A DNA stretch of 63,683 nucleotides, the filler included, from Lenisia limosa (taxonomy: Eukaryota; Protista; Breviatea): assembly GCA_001655205.1 (NCBI GenBank). It is 8 parts of 8 records of this genome, joined end to end, with 100 filler letters (N's around TTAATTAATTAA, not from the genome) between each part and the next. Parts side by side here need not be neighbours in the genome. Positions count along the whole stretch, not along the records: positions 1 to 1,526 come from LPNZ01005780.1; positions 1,627 to 8,383 come from LPNZ01011615.1; positions 8,484 to 21,392 come from LPNZ01003551.1; 5 more parts are not named here. One strand, given 5' to 3'. Positions 1-12,199 of the stretch are shown here, one piece after another; the stretch's first letter is position 1; every line of letters starts with the position of its first letter. The notes under the pieces are model-generated. The model ran no database searches, was not told the origin of the DNA, and saw nothing but the letters and a program-made list of their open reading frames with translations. Position numbers and translations under genes: made by a program.

Positions 1-9
1 CTGGGGATG

Positions 10-160
10 CACGTAGAAAGCTGTGTGCACAGAGTTGTATGGCAAATGGATTGGGTGAATTCATATTATACTATAATCCCGTATCTCTTCTTAGCGTAAT
101 GGAGAGGACGGCTTCGGCCAGATACCACCTTATTTTTTTATTCCTCACTGTTACATATGA
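10..160 (+). repeat. Dispersed TIR-less repeat family E (~190 bp), copy 1
   Basis: cacgtagaaagctgtgtgcacagagttgtatggcaaat...ggacggcttcggcca aligns with 3035-3196, 26310-26379, 497-550 (3' part) and 29031-29088 (reverse complement, 5' part). Confidence 0.8.
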
Positions 161-220
161 CGTGATGATGTGCCAAAAGGTTACTTGTACATGATATCTC
201 TATATATTTGACCAACGCAG

Positions 221-670
221 CCGATATGTATCAGTGCCGCAAGTGCAAGAAGAGGGAAACCACCTACTACCAGCTCCAGACCAGATCGGCTGATGAGGTA
301 TGTTTTATGTTACTATTTTGAACCAGGAAACCAGAAACTCTCATGAATAATAGACCAACGGGAATATTAGACATGTATTGTGTTATAATGAAGATTGCAT
401 ACACGATTCATAGGTGTCGACTAAGGGATTCACTTCAGTTAAGACAATATCGATAGTTTTCGAGGATCTATCGAGCATTAAGCGAAGTGAAGCCATTGGA
501 TGGTCTCGGCGAGATAATACAACCTTGTTTTTATTTCTCATTTCTATATATCGATCGATATCAGATACTATACATACATATCATATACGATACATGTGAA
601 TCTCCTCACCCCACAGCCAATGACAACGTTTGTCCAGTGTGTGCCCTGCGGGTACAGATGGAGATTCTAG
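221..670 (+). CDS. TFIIS: Transcription elongation factor TFIIS, last two exons (221-297, 617-670); 5' part outside window
   Basis: Spliced translation DMYQCRKCKKRETTYYQLQTRSADE|PMTTFVQCVPCGYRWRF*: zinc ribbon with QTRSADEP motif; canonical cag/ and /gtatg sites. Confidence 0.93.
423..497. mobile_element. hAT-like MITE family A copy in TFIIS intron, apparently nested in a family E remnant
   Basis: aagggattcacttcagtt...atcgatagttttcgaggatctatcgag...cgaagtgaagccatt. Confidence 0.75.
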
Positions 671-1118
671 CAGTTTCAACCTACATTTCCCAATGGGGTT
701 ACCAGGCTTCCTCGTGTCCTTTCTGTTGTTTGTATGCATTATGCGAATGTTAGGCTGATGATGGTTTGAAATAATAAAATTATTTTTATACGCTAATTCA
801 AAATTACTAAGCGTGATGGTGTATAGCTTCGACCGGATAAAACCTTTTTTTTTTTTTCTCATTATCTATAGCAGTTTCGTCTTTCACGTAATATGCAAAT
901 CATCAAAATCAGCCATTATTATAAACAAAGTCAGACATTATTATATATTCACACTATCACAAATATCATAATCCACCAATATATTATCAAAACATCATCA
1001 TCCCAGCTCTATCACTACTATCACCAAAAATGTCCGGACTGGATGTCTAAAAAAAATCCAGACTGCGTTGCCGCTCCCACTATCACCACCAAAGTCAATC
1101 ACCTAGTACATGTTCTTT

Positions 1119-1163
1119 CACTACGGCGCGCATCGAATTGGGATTCTTGTGAAAACGTTGGAC
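1119..1163. mobile_element. MITE family C, one-ended fragment
   Basis: cactacggcgcgcatcgaattgggattcttgtgaaaacgttgga. Confidence 0.65.
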
Positions 1164-1526
1164 GCCCCTGCTCAGCATCTTCCACTATCATCCTTCGCAG
1201 AAGGCTATTTAAGTCTGGATGAACATGAGCCTTTGTTAGTCCACCCATATTACAACCAAGGTTTCCCGAAAAAGACCTGTAAAAATGGATAGTTTTTCGA
1301 GGATGCCCTATTCGTCACATAAAACATAACATTCATCTCAAATCAAACATAGCACAAAATAGGATATTAGAAGAAAAACAGATTAGCAAGGCTACAGTAC
1401 TCTACAGGCACCAGCAACGGCACCACCACTCGCGTAGCCTTCAACACCACACTGACAGCCGTTGAGGGGTTCAGGCTGGAGGGGTGAAATGAAGGAAATT
1501 TCGATGTTTATTGGCGTAAAGCTACT

Positions 1527-1626
1527 NNNNNNNNNNNNNNNNNNNNNNNNNNNNNNNNNNNNNNNNNNNNTTAATTAATTAANNNNNNNNNNNNNNNNNN
1601 NNNNNNNNNNNNNNNNNNNNNNNNNN
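1527..1626. other. Artificial 100-nt contig spacer 44N-TTAATTAATTAA-44N (also 8384-8483, 21393-21492, 28692-28791, 33888-33987, 56128-56227, 58764-58863)
   Basis: Identical structure seven times; TTAATTAATTAA gives stops in all six frames; genes are truncated at these points. Confidence 0.97.
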
Positions 1627-1643
1627 TGCTGTAGTGTAATGAG

Positions 1644-2548
1644 ATGGAAGAAACACCATCAAAGCGTAAACGAACATTTTCACTCTACAAAGAGAGCAAT
1701 GGTGACGAAGGTTGGAGAGGTCTTTGTGTTTTTGGTTTGTTTGAGATTCAACCCGTGCGACCTTGGTATTCCTTAACCCTTTTAGAGTCTTCCGGTCTTG
1801 GCCTGATCCCGAGTGACCTCTTCGCTTCTAATGTCAATTCCAAGCAAGATGAGACCAGTGGTGAGAGAGAAATGCACATCACTACGGCGCGTCGACTTGG
1901 GATTCCCTTGTATTATTTGGGAATCCCACAAATTCTTCATATTTTCATAAAATTACATGGGATTCCCATGTAAAATATGGGAATTCCAACATTTTTACAA
2001 GAATTCCAAGTCGATGCTGTAGTGATAACCAAGTGTTCATCTCAGGGTGGGAACTGTGATGTACGTTGCGTTTTTATTTCTTTCTCTTATACATACGTTT
2101 ACAAGAGTTCCTGTCGCTGATATTTTGCGTTCCTAATACCTTCAGATTTAGCAAGCCAGTCATCTTTCCACGTAAGCAGCAGCGAAAATGAGGCTTTTCA
2201 AGGTAATACGGGATGCTGTTTGACAAAATACTCCTGATACTCCCAACTTCCCTCATTGTCCAGGCCACGTCTTCACTGCTGAGAGTCGGAAGCCATTTCC
2301 AGCTAAAGGAGGCCTCTCTGCGGCAGTGGCGCTTCTGTCTCACTATGCCTTGACAAGAGGCGCTTTTTCAATGTATGCAAGGGGGTATGAGAACAAGATA
2401 ATCCATGATATACTAAGTACCTTATATCATATATTGATATCATATGTACCAAGCTGAACAACTTCCTTCAGACCTCGTGTTGCAAAAATAATAATCCCCT
2501 AACACTTCACAGGCGCATTTCAGAACTGTTAGAGGAATACGAGGCTCT
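1644..2548 (+). CDS. Hypothetical multi-exon protein (approximate boundaries)
   Basis: Exons with canonical sites: MEETPSKRKRTFSLYKESNGDEG|, GLGLIPSDLFASNVNSKQDETS|, DLASQSSFHVSSSENEAFQ|GHVFTAESRKPFPAKGG..., LTLHRRISELLEEYEALKE|. Frame linkage not fully resolved. Confidence 0.45.
1880..2024. mobile_element. MITE family C (CACTA...TAGTG termini)
   Basis: at + cactacggcgcgtcgacttgggattc ... gaattccaagtcgatgctgtagtg + at; internal gggattccc/gggaatccc repeats. Confidence 0.78.
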
Positions 2549-3034
2549 CAAGGAGGTAGGAATTGTTGGGTTGAAAAAACAGATCCACCAAAGTGCAACC
2601 TATACTATTACATGTGGTATGACAGTGAACAAAAATCTCTTGAAAATCTGCTTTGTAAGAGCCATTTAATCTCAATTTCGCTTCCAGTCTTAAGATCAAT
2701 AGACCCCCTCACTTGACTTAACATTTAGTCTCTCCCATCTCAAGGAAGAGGTCTTCTGAAACCATTGCAACGAAAACTGTTGAAGGTTTGATACTTTTGT
2801 TCTATGCTCTACTCCCCTCTATCGCAATTGTTTGGCTTCATCTTTTCTATTTTTGATTATTCAGTTGATCACAGTCCTGGTTGTTTTTTTTTGTTTCATA
2901 AAAATGTCCNNNNNNNNNNATTCGTTATTAATTTTGTTATCGAAAATTGCATCATCATTCGTATCAATATGTTGTAAGCAAAACAAAAATATGTTTTGTC
3001 TATCACCTCGATATGTGCACACTATGTACACTAT

Positions 3035-3196
3035 GTATTATTACGGAGGCACGCAGAAAGCTGTGTGCACAGGTTTGTAGGGCATATGATTGGGTGAATT
3101 AATATTATACCATAATTCAATATCTCTTGTAAGTGTGATGGTGTAGACGGCTTTGGTCATACACAACCTTGTTTGTTATTTCTCATTGCTATATAT
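3035..3196 (+). repeat. Repeat family E, copy 2 (longest)
   Basis: ggaggcacgcagaaagctgtgtgcacaggtttgtagggcatatgattgggtgaattaatattatac... aligns with 10-160. Confidence 0.8.
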
Positions 3197-3199
3197 GCA

Positions 3200-3690
3200 A
3201 AACACAACCTCAACATAGCTATTCAGAGAAATTGCGCTTCAAGCCACCCCAACACACAGCCTGGCTCAAAAACAAACTCCAACTCATGCTCTCCGACCAC
3301 AAAATCATACTCCCCCAACATGAACACTTCTTTTCCCAAAAACAGGAATGATTATATCTCCCAGAATATCAAAGCACATAGTAGAAGCCAAATACCTGGG
3401 ACAAGGAAACATCACAGGAGGTCCTGGGAGAAGGGACCTGGCCAGACCTATCCCAACGTCTTGTCCTACTGTCAGTATACCTTCCACAAAACAAAAACCT
3501 GAAACCAGTTAAATACTGGGAAAACCTCGAACATGCCCTGATAAAACCCCGCCAAAAATGAGGCACAAAGGAAAAATCTCTCCCCAGTACCTTGGTTGAT
3601 TGAGCAGCTGCAAGAGCAATTCCGACTAGCACACTCCAACAATGCCGCTATCATCATTGGAGGCGATTTCAACGGAGTATCCAACTAGTT
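3200..3690 (+). pseudogene. Decayed non-LTR retrotransposon (LINE) APE-type endonuclease fragment
   Basis: ...SQRLVLLSVYLPQ... followed after a frameshift by NAAIIIGGDFNG, the SVYxP and GDFN motifs of APE endonucleases; several stops. Confidence 0.7.
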
Positions 3691-3856
3691 CGTCAGTCTG
3701 GAAACCCAGTTCGAGATCTAGCCCTCTCAAGTCTTAAAGAAACTGGTGCCCACAACTGTTTTAGAATCACACAAAATTCCCCCACAATCTTTGGGATTTT
3801 TTTTCTTTCATAAATTTTACATTTTCCAATTTTACTCCTACTCCCCCTCCCTCCAG

Positions 3857-4670
3857 TCTGGTAGCCAAGTCTCACTGTTAATTCAAGGCCTATCGGAAGC
3901 GTTTACATCAGGAACGGTTCGGAGAGTTGCCATTCTCATGGGAGCGTCCCCACATACAGGTTAGGTGGTTTGCCCTCCCAGGTTCCTTTTCTTCAGTGTT
4001 TGAAGTTTTGTCTCATCACATTCAGCTCGGGAGGCTTTGGTTCTCGAATTTACTGTACCGACAGTTCCCGAAACTCTTAACGCCCCTCCGATTACGACCC
4101 CTCTTCCGCTTCTTCCAATCAAAGTGCTGCGAGAAAGTGTGCAGTGTCAATTTCCCGTCTTTTCTTCAGTACCTAAATCGTCACTTCTTCCGGTGGGGTT
4201 CTATGGGATTGTTATCAAGATAAGTTTCCAGCTTATCATCAAACGAAATATGTAGAAATATGTTGCTCATCTCATAGCTTTTCCAACAAAATTTGCCTCT
4301 GCTTCTTCTAATACGATATCAGGAACCAAACACGCCAAAACACGCGACAGTTGGCGCCAGCATTGCGCCGCTCACGCCATGTTCAGCCATGCTTTCCTTG
4401 GACATTGCCAAGAGCCCTTCTGCAGCACTTAGAGCCCCCGGCTGCTCCATTCTCAGTTCTGCTGCACCGAGTGGAAGCCATTTGGTAGTTTGGCGAACAT
4501 CCTAATTGCCTTTTCAATTCCCCTTACTTCTTATTTTCTAGATTGAAATTAACTACGAGCCTCATGACAAGCCCTTCTTTGCCGACTTTGACAGCCACAC
4601 TGCTCTTTTCCAGACGGACCCAGACTTCAAGCCCCTCACTCTCAGAACTTCAAGCCTTAAGTGCTCGTTG
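3857..4670 (+). CDS. HORMA-domain protein, REV7/MAD2L2-like (partial model; start and end not resolved)
   Basis: Exons SLLIQGLSEAFTSGTVRRVAILMGASPHT|AREALVLEF..., ALLQHLEPPAAPFSVLLHR|IEINYEPHDKPFFADFDSHTALFQTDPDFKPLTLRTSSLKCSL resemble REV7 segments VEKVVVVILD..VEKFVFEI, VLDHNPPGCTFTVLVH and DPRLIPLKTMTSDILKMQL (recalled similarity, not searched). Confidence 0.5.
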
Positions 4671-5115
4671 GTACATACAGATCCTATATGTACAAAATAC
4701 AATCTATTACATGTTATAGTGAGACCTATTCCTTTGACTAAGTAGAAAATACCTGTGGTACACCCAGGTATGGATAGGCTGTGTATCGTGCTAGCTGTTG
4801 CTTTCACTCTTCTTATCCTTCTTATCGTCTGAACAAGTGTTGCCCCCCTCCTCATGGTTTTGTCTTGTTTTTGCCTTAATATTGGATTTACAGGACCTAA
4901 GGTCGCGTTCGAGTGCCAAGAATTCTTAGAAATCTTAAGATTTTGCGTTCGAAGTGTAAATTTTTCTAAAGTTCAACTTAAGTTTCGGAGTGGCTCGTAT
5001 GCCCAAGGCTCGGTAATTCTTAAGACTTGGCTGGGTTTCAAGACCCCGATTTTGGTGACTTAGGATTCTTAGGATTCCTTCTCCCTTCTTCCCTCCTGTT
5101 TCTCCTCTTCTTTGC

Positions 5116-8100
5116 AGCTTCTTTGCTTCTATTAGACTTCAATGGATATTATTTAGACACATTAATATCTTCATCGCCAATAGGGGAGCTTGTCAAGAAG
5201 ACGTCTGAATCCATCATCAGTAGGTAGGACTGATCTATATTTACAAAGTCTATCATGATATATTTTCTCACTTTGTTTGAGTGAAAGAACGCAGATTCAT
5301 CAATGCAACGAAGCATTTGAACTTGACTTCTCAAAGAACCGTAATATTATTGGTACCAGGCTTGAAAACGTGTCTTTGGCCAGTTGGGGGGGGGGGGGGN
5401 NNNNNNNNNTTTTTTTCAAAATTCAAAAGATGATTTGTCCCAACCTTATCCAATGCACCCAACAAACCAAACCGCATACATTTCTTATCCAACCCACAGG
5501 CATCGTCTCACTGGTTAATTCATTCGGATTCGGATTCCGAACTAAGTGAAGAAAACGTCTTCACACCAAAGGTGGGAGTGATTTTTGATAAGTCATGAAA
5601 TTGAACTACTAATAACAGTATGATAACGGTTATTGAAGGTGTTAGATCGATATTTGAATTTACTGCAGCAGTCCTCTGAACCGGGCCTTATGACGTCGGA
5701 ATCGGAAGCAACCCCTAAATCTGTTCCTAATCAGACCACTGGTATGTTGTTTGCTTGGGTTATAATAATGGGGGACAATTTCAGAGACCTGAGACTGTTG
5801 GTTTGATAATGTCCCATAAACAAATCTTGAGAAACAAAGTGGCGTTTGTTTACTTTTCACCTTGATTTTCTCTCACCGTAATAGTTGAAAAGTCTGCACG
5901 GAAATTATTCACGGGGACTCCTGTAGGTTCAGCTATGACCCGACCCAAAATCCATCGGAAACGTGGGTGGGAGTCAAGTTGTTAGGCAAACGATTGGGTG
6001 AATAATATCTTCTCTACGTGATCATGTGGACTGCTTCTGTTACTCTTTTTAATTTCTTTATTCTGCACTCATCCAAACTCCTGTTTTTTTTTATGCTTCA
6101 GCAATCATTTCAGCGGCTGCCTTTGCCCCCTCACCTGGTAGGTCAAGGGGATATTGAGTCCCGTTAGTTTTACAGGTTTTATAGCGCATACTGTCAGTTT
6201 AGATTTTTGTTACCCCTTTCCCAACTCAAACCACGCAGATTTCTTCAATTCAGAACGTCACGACACTGAAGGTGAGTACTCTCACTGTTTGATTGAGACT
6301 TTTGACTTTTTCACCACTTAGTGTTTGAAGATTCAGCTGCGAGTCAGGTTTGCCTTTTGAGCTCTTAATCGTATTGAGATCTTACTATTTTGTGGAGTAA
6401 GGATTCAACTTACCACAAAGACTGATGTTACTTCATATAATTAAATTGTAATCAATATCATGAACAAAATAAAAATTTATTTCCCTTTAATCCATTCAGG
6501 CCAAAGAGTTCTCCCTTAGCCCAGCTGGTGAGTTGGGTATTATTTAATTCACTCAATCGTGTTCCTTTATTTGACCTTTCAAGACCAATTTTTTTCCGAA
6601 TCTTGGGAAATATGATATCAATTCGTAGTTTTTATGATATCAATATGATTCGTAGTAAATGATATATATATATGATATGAAATATTGTTCAGTTCCCTGG
6701 GCCAGACTTACATATCCATCCGTCAAGTTGCTTATTCACCCAGGCCATCCTTATGGAGCTTGTTGTATCCGCCCCCTTGTCATTGACCCTCCTCAGTGGT
6801 CAAGCTCAAAAGGTTGGTCTGTCTTGTATTTGGGGCTTACCGGGTTTAATGTAGGATTCATTTCTTCACAAAATCTTACAAAAACATGAAATCAGTTTGA
6901 ATCATTTTATGTTGTGTAACTAATTGCTCCAGTCTCCAAACTCTTCCTAATGGTGGAATCCCAAAGGTGGGTGTATCTTTTTGCTGTCTTGTGCACGAGT
7001 TGCATCGTCTAGAAATGGCCTTGTGTGAGGACTCTAAACTGATTTCATATAATTATATCAATATTTATGGAGGATTCATTAGTATCTTGAAACCAAAATG
7101 AAGCTCAAGTTAGGTTTTGATTGTACTCAATTTAGCCAATTCAGTTGATTATCTGATTCCCCCCCCTCCGTAGCACCCATCCTCCCAACGGCTACGTCCC
7201 ATGCTCACCAACAGCCATACGATGCCCTAAGAACCCCTGTGTTCTCACAGTTACTCCTCACGGTCATGGAGTGGGGGGGGGGGAGATGCTTATACATGAA
7301 GAGGGCATGGTGTGTTAGTAGAAGTGTATTGCGAACTGATTTCATATTTTATATGATCCCTCTGAGCGTATTTCCCAATTTAGTTGTCTGCTTACAAGTA
7401 CATATCATACTATGTATAATTATAATATCATATCATATGATATACTATGAGGACATCAAGTTAAATCATTTTGCTCTCTTACTGATGATTCAGCCCAGTA
7501 GGCCTCCGCATGTGGTTTGTCCCTTCAGGCCCCGTTCAAAGCCCAAACAAAGAAAAGTGGGTTGTATTCGTTTGAGAAAACAAAAACAAGTTAATAAATT
7601 TTGTGTAAGAAAACATGAAAGCAAAATAAATGAAAGATTAGGAATACAAACGACTTTAAATAGTTTTAGGCTTCTTTTTTGTTTTATGATGTCATGTTTG
7701 TTGCACCTTTCAACATAATAAACATAGTGTATTCTAACGCTTCACATAGTTCCCGCTCACCTCACCCAGATCGTCTCGACAGCCAGCGCTGAAAATTCTC
7801 CGCTAAGCCCAGAACGGAAAAGGAAGAGCCCAGCCAACGCCCCCAATCTCCACCAATCGCGCAACTCTGAGGGGACAGACCCCCTTGTCACGCCACCACC
7901 GTTGGCTTCTGTAGCCTCTATTGAAAAGCCTGAGGATACTGAGCCAATTGGTAGGAGCAGGTCTTTTGTTCTTTCCTCTTCACCAGAATATTTGTTTTAC
8001 TTTTCAAATTTCAACCTTTCTGTGTTTATCAAACGTTCTGAGAATGTTTTTTTTTTTTTTTTTTCNNNNNNNNNNNNNNNNNNNNNNNNNNNNNNNNNNN

Positions 8101-8283
8101 NNNNNNNNNNNNNNNNNNNNNNNNNNNNNNNNNNNNNNNNNNNNNNNNNNNNNNNNNAGCACTATCTATCCCCGCTGCCCAATTATTATTCATACGTCTT
8201 CTTATCCCACAGAATCTTTTGAGAAGCCCTACCACTGGTATATTACGTCCAAACGAGCATCAATCCAGAGTTTCAAGACTTAA
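5116..8283 (+). CDS. Hypothetical Ser/Pro-rich protein with many very short exons (approximate)
   Basis: Series of cag/.../gt exons of ~30-60 nt (near 6101, 6239, 6501, 6933) and VPAHLTQIVSTASAENSPLSPERKRKSPANAP...EKPEDTEPI. Confidence 0.45.
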
Positions 8284-8503
8284 CCGATTCTCTTATCCAT
8301 CATTTAGAGTCTGATGTGACTCATTTACTCTTTGTTGTATTCTAAGATGAGTGTGTTTTATGTGCGTTCATGTAAATTATTGTNNNNNNNNNNNNNNNNN
8401 NNNNNNNNNNNNNNNNNNNNNNNNNNNTTAATTAATTAANNNNNNNNNNNNNNNNNNNNNNNNNNNNNNNNNNNNNNNNNNNNGAACTGACCCCCGCAAA
8501 CTT

Positions 8504-10767
8504 GACAGTTCCAAAGGTGGTCTTGAACTTGGGTGTAGAGGCGTCAGCTGGGACGGGAACTTCGATGACCACGTTCTGGCCCTGTGACCTCTCCTTGAAC
8601 TGCGATCTTGCCTAATATGGTAAGTGCCGTTTCTATTGATCAGGTCTGCTTCAAAAAAGGAAAGCCTCCAACTTTAATCAGGAATTCGATTCGAGATCTG
8701 CTGTGGGGCTCAACTTGGGCTTCAACCCAAATAAGGGGTTTGACCTAAACTATGAACATTGTCTCAGGTTAGGGTGATGAGGCTGGATGGAATGAGAAAA
8801 TATTGACCGAATCCTTCGGTATCATACCGTTTACAATACCGAATCCAACTTCATGAAAAAAGAGAGCGATCAAAAGTAAAAAGAAACAATTTCAAGCCAA
8901 CTTGAGTTGATAATCTGTAAGTCATCACGTCGAACTCGCCATCAGGGGGGATGAAGGAAATGGTTCTGTGGTGTGAGCTTCCCGGGATAGAGCTAGGGCT
9001 TCCATCCGGCCCCAAAAAGGCTGGTAAAATACCGATGTTTATCGAGGATTTATCGAGAAAATTATAGCTGGACGCATATGCCATCCACGATAGAAAGATG
9101 AAGTGATACTGCAATACTGGGCATCCAAGGGTATGTTGTATCCTGCGAAAGATATTCTATTTCTTTGAGCCTTTGTTTTCAACCAAAGTTAAGCATCCCA
9201 TTCAAGCAAACCGATCTGAGTCGAACTTAGACAGCCGCACACACTGATGGAACTTTATGTCTTCAAGATCGATTGCTCGATCTGCCTTCTCTGAAGCGTG
9301 TAAAACGAAGATCCAAAAAAGAAATTTTCCAAAGGGAAAACAATGATAAAGGAAACAAAGATACTAGGTCCAAAAAACAACCACACACACACAAAAAAAA
9401 AAAAAAAGAAGAGGAAAATTAGATGGTATAAAGCTGTACAATCAAAATGAGAAAATAACATCAAGCAATAAAACAAATAACAGTAGAGAAAAGGGCATTT
9501 CAAAACATCACTAATCATACTTCCAGAAGCTTGGAACTGAATGCGATCATTAAGACCGAGCCTCAACTCCGGCATTCCGGTCAGGAAGCAACGCATCTCC
9601 ACTGCTCCGTTGATCTCTGATCTCAGGACCGCTCCGTCACTAGCAACCTGGGGGATTATTATGGCTAGTGGTATTTCAAAACCAATCAGAAAATAGGAAA
9701 CAAAACAGAACAAACACATACATCCATGTAAACAAAGTTATCATAATAAAAATATGCACTATANNNNNNNNNNNNNNNNNNNNNNNNNNNNNNNNNNNNN
9801 NNNNNNNNNNNNNNNNNNNNNNNNACCACATCGAGGAACACTTCATTCCGACGGTACTTAATTCCGGTCTTCCTCCATGACACGGCGTTGGTCAGGGCTG
9901 GCGGAACCACGATGGCCTCCTTCATCAGCTTGTGGCCTTCCTGTGTGATGTACCTGGGGGGTAAACTCGTCAATGTGCGGTATACGTGTGCTAATTCCAC
10001 ACTAGTAAGTTGAAAATGTGGAATAAGCGCGGGTTTACATGATGGTTCAGCGAAACTCACTACCAAACACAGTTCCAACCAAAAAGGGGAATTTCGGACC
10101 AAGCTTACTCTGAAAGAATCTTGGAGTCTGTCGCTTGGGGGTAGCCAAAATCCATAATTTCGTCCAAAAGCTCATATACAATAACAAAGTTATCCTTAAT
10201 GCTCTCCTCGCAGATCTCCTTGAAGTAGTCCTCAAACAGCTAGAAACGTCAGATCGAAAGGAACAGGGTGGAGGGACATACATTGATCAGCTTGTGTAGG
10301 AACAATAGAACCATAGCTGCATTAGTGTTGTGGCGGGTAATCGCAAGAACTGCAGGGGTAAGGTGAATAGGAAACAAAAAAAAAGAGTAAAAAGAATTCC
10401 CAAAAAGCTAAAATAAACCAATATTTATGATAACCATACGGTAAACATCCTTGTGCTTCACGTAGATGTAGTTGACACCTTCTTTCTCGAAGATGGGTTT
10501 GAGATTGTGTTCCTCCTCTTCCATAATATAGCCGAAAAACTTCTCTGCATCATTTTTCTGAGAGAAATAAGGCGATTAGCACAAAGGAATCAAAGCGAAG
10601 AATACGGTGAAACATAAAGTTGTTTCAATCGTCAAAAACAAACCGTAATATCTCCTCTGTAGTTACGAGAGATTAAAATCTTGCCTCGATGGTCAAGGAT
10701 AAACACAGCTGAGGCTGGCCTGAAGAGAAGGTGAAAATTAGATCATTTGTGGTTAAAACACTAACAT
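8504..10767 (-). CDS. AP1M1: AP-1 adaptor complex mu subunit (3' end lost in spacer)
   Basis: [24 protein letters not shown]..., [90 protein letters not shown]; about 10 canonical introns. Confidence 0.93.
8994..9110. mobile_element. MITE family A, degenerate copy in AP-1 mu intron
   Basis: tagggcttccatccgg...ctggtaaaataccgatgtttatcgaggatttatcgagaaaat matches the reverse complement of the 27234-27333 copy. Confidence 0.65.
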
Positions 10768-10989
10768 TTTTCAAAGAAGAAATGGGAGATTTGCCTTGGG
10801 ATAGCCAGCAACACCGCAGCTGTTTTTTGTGAACACCGTTTCCTTTCTTTGAGATAGTACACCAAGTATATCTTATACAACTCTACGCAACAAACAAATA
10901 ATTAAGTGATTAAGTGATAATTTAATGAACCACAACAAAAAAATGAGAGAATAACAAATGGACCAGTGCAACCAAGTAAATACACACAT

Positions 10990-12037
10990 ATCATATTTCC
11001 CGCCAACCTGAAATGGAGGGGCAGTTTCTACAACGTCCTTTGGACCGACCGCGGTCGAGCTTTGGGGGTATATCATGTCATATACATCATCACGCACATA
11101 CGTTCAACAATTATGACAGTGCAACCAACACAATTACTCTGGCGTATAGTAGACACGATGTTCACGTTCGTAACGAGGAATTAGCCAATGCTCAGCTACT
11201 CACATGTCGGAATTACAGACTGGCAAATAGGGTTGCTCCGCCTTGGGTTGCTTTAGTTATTGAGGTTATCGTCATAACTTCTGTAAATTCCCGTAACAAA
11301 TTTGTGACCATATGTCGCAACATATTACGATCGCACTTCTCACCAACATCCTCGGTACTCTGGTATTAATATCTCAAATGGCCCCAAAAATGATACAAAA
11401 CCTACATTTACCATGCCAGCTTACACATCCCACAATAACATATTAAACTAAATAACAGCTCTCATTAGGCGTTATTTTTGCTCCTTCTTTTGTTCCATAA
11501 AGGGTTCCACAACCCATCGAAGCTCTCCGCCAAATTCAATCAGACCCTTTCGAATAGAAATTGCTCCACTATCCTGGGGGGGGGGGNNNNNNNNNNNNNN
11601 NNNNNNNNNNNNNNNNNNNNNNNNNNNNNNNNNNNNNNNNNNNNNNNNNNNNNNNNNNNNNNNNNNNNNNNNNNNNNNNNNNNNNNNNNNNNNNNNNNNN
11701 NNNNNNNNNNNNNNCGCCGGCCTCTTTTGTGGCTTTTGGTGGCACGGGTTTCTTGATTATGTGCGTGGAGTTGATGTCACGATTGAGGCGATGGACGCTG
11801 TTGGACCAGGATTTCAAGAAGGACTCTGGTTCTGATAGGGCGCTTGGAGTCGTGATGCGCGGGGTACGCAGGCGTGGCGTGCGCGTCTACAAACATGTTA
11901 ACACAAGATTAGCAGAAATTCACACTAAAGCCGTCAACAACAGTGTCCAAAATAGAACCCCTCCAAACCCTGGGAGTTTCTGGGGGAACAGGAGGGGGGA
12001 GCGAAAGGGAGCCCGGCGGAGGCTTTTCAACGGTTGA
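10990..12037 (+). CDS. Hypothetical protein, possible single hydrophobic segment (approximate start)
   Basis: Open terminal exon PASFVAFGGTGFLIMCVELMSRLRRW...RRRLFNG*; upstream exon candidates are uncertain. Confidence 0.3.
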
Positions 12038-12199
12038 GGCCGGGGTGGGGTCAGGCTGAGACGCAAGGAATTCGAGGTGCTCCTGAGGTTTTGTGAGATT
12101 ATTATGAGCATTTTTGAGCATGAAAAAACAAAAAACAAAAAACAAAAAACAAAAATAATATATATGATATAGTAAAATACAATTGTTATTCAGATTTAT

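Noticed and set aside
1571-1582. Repeated TTAATTAATTAA palindrome as a biological element
   Set aside because: Always centred in an exact 100-nt N spacer; it is an artificial six-frame-stop linker.
4897-5075. Possible additional inverted-repeat element (cctaag...cttagg)
   Set aside because: The inverted match is short and imperfect, and I found no convincing second copy in the window.
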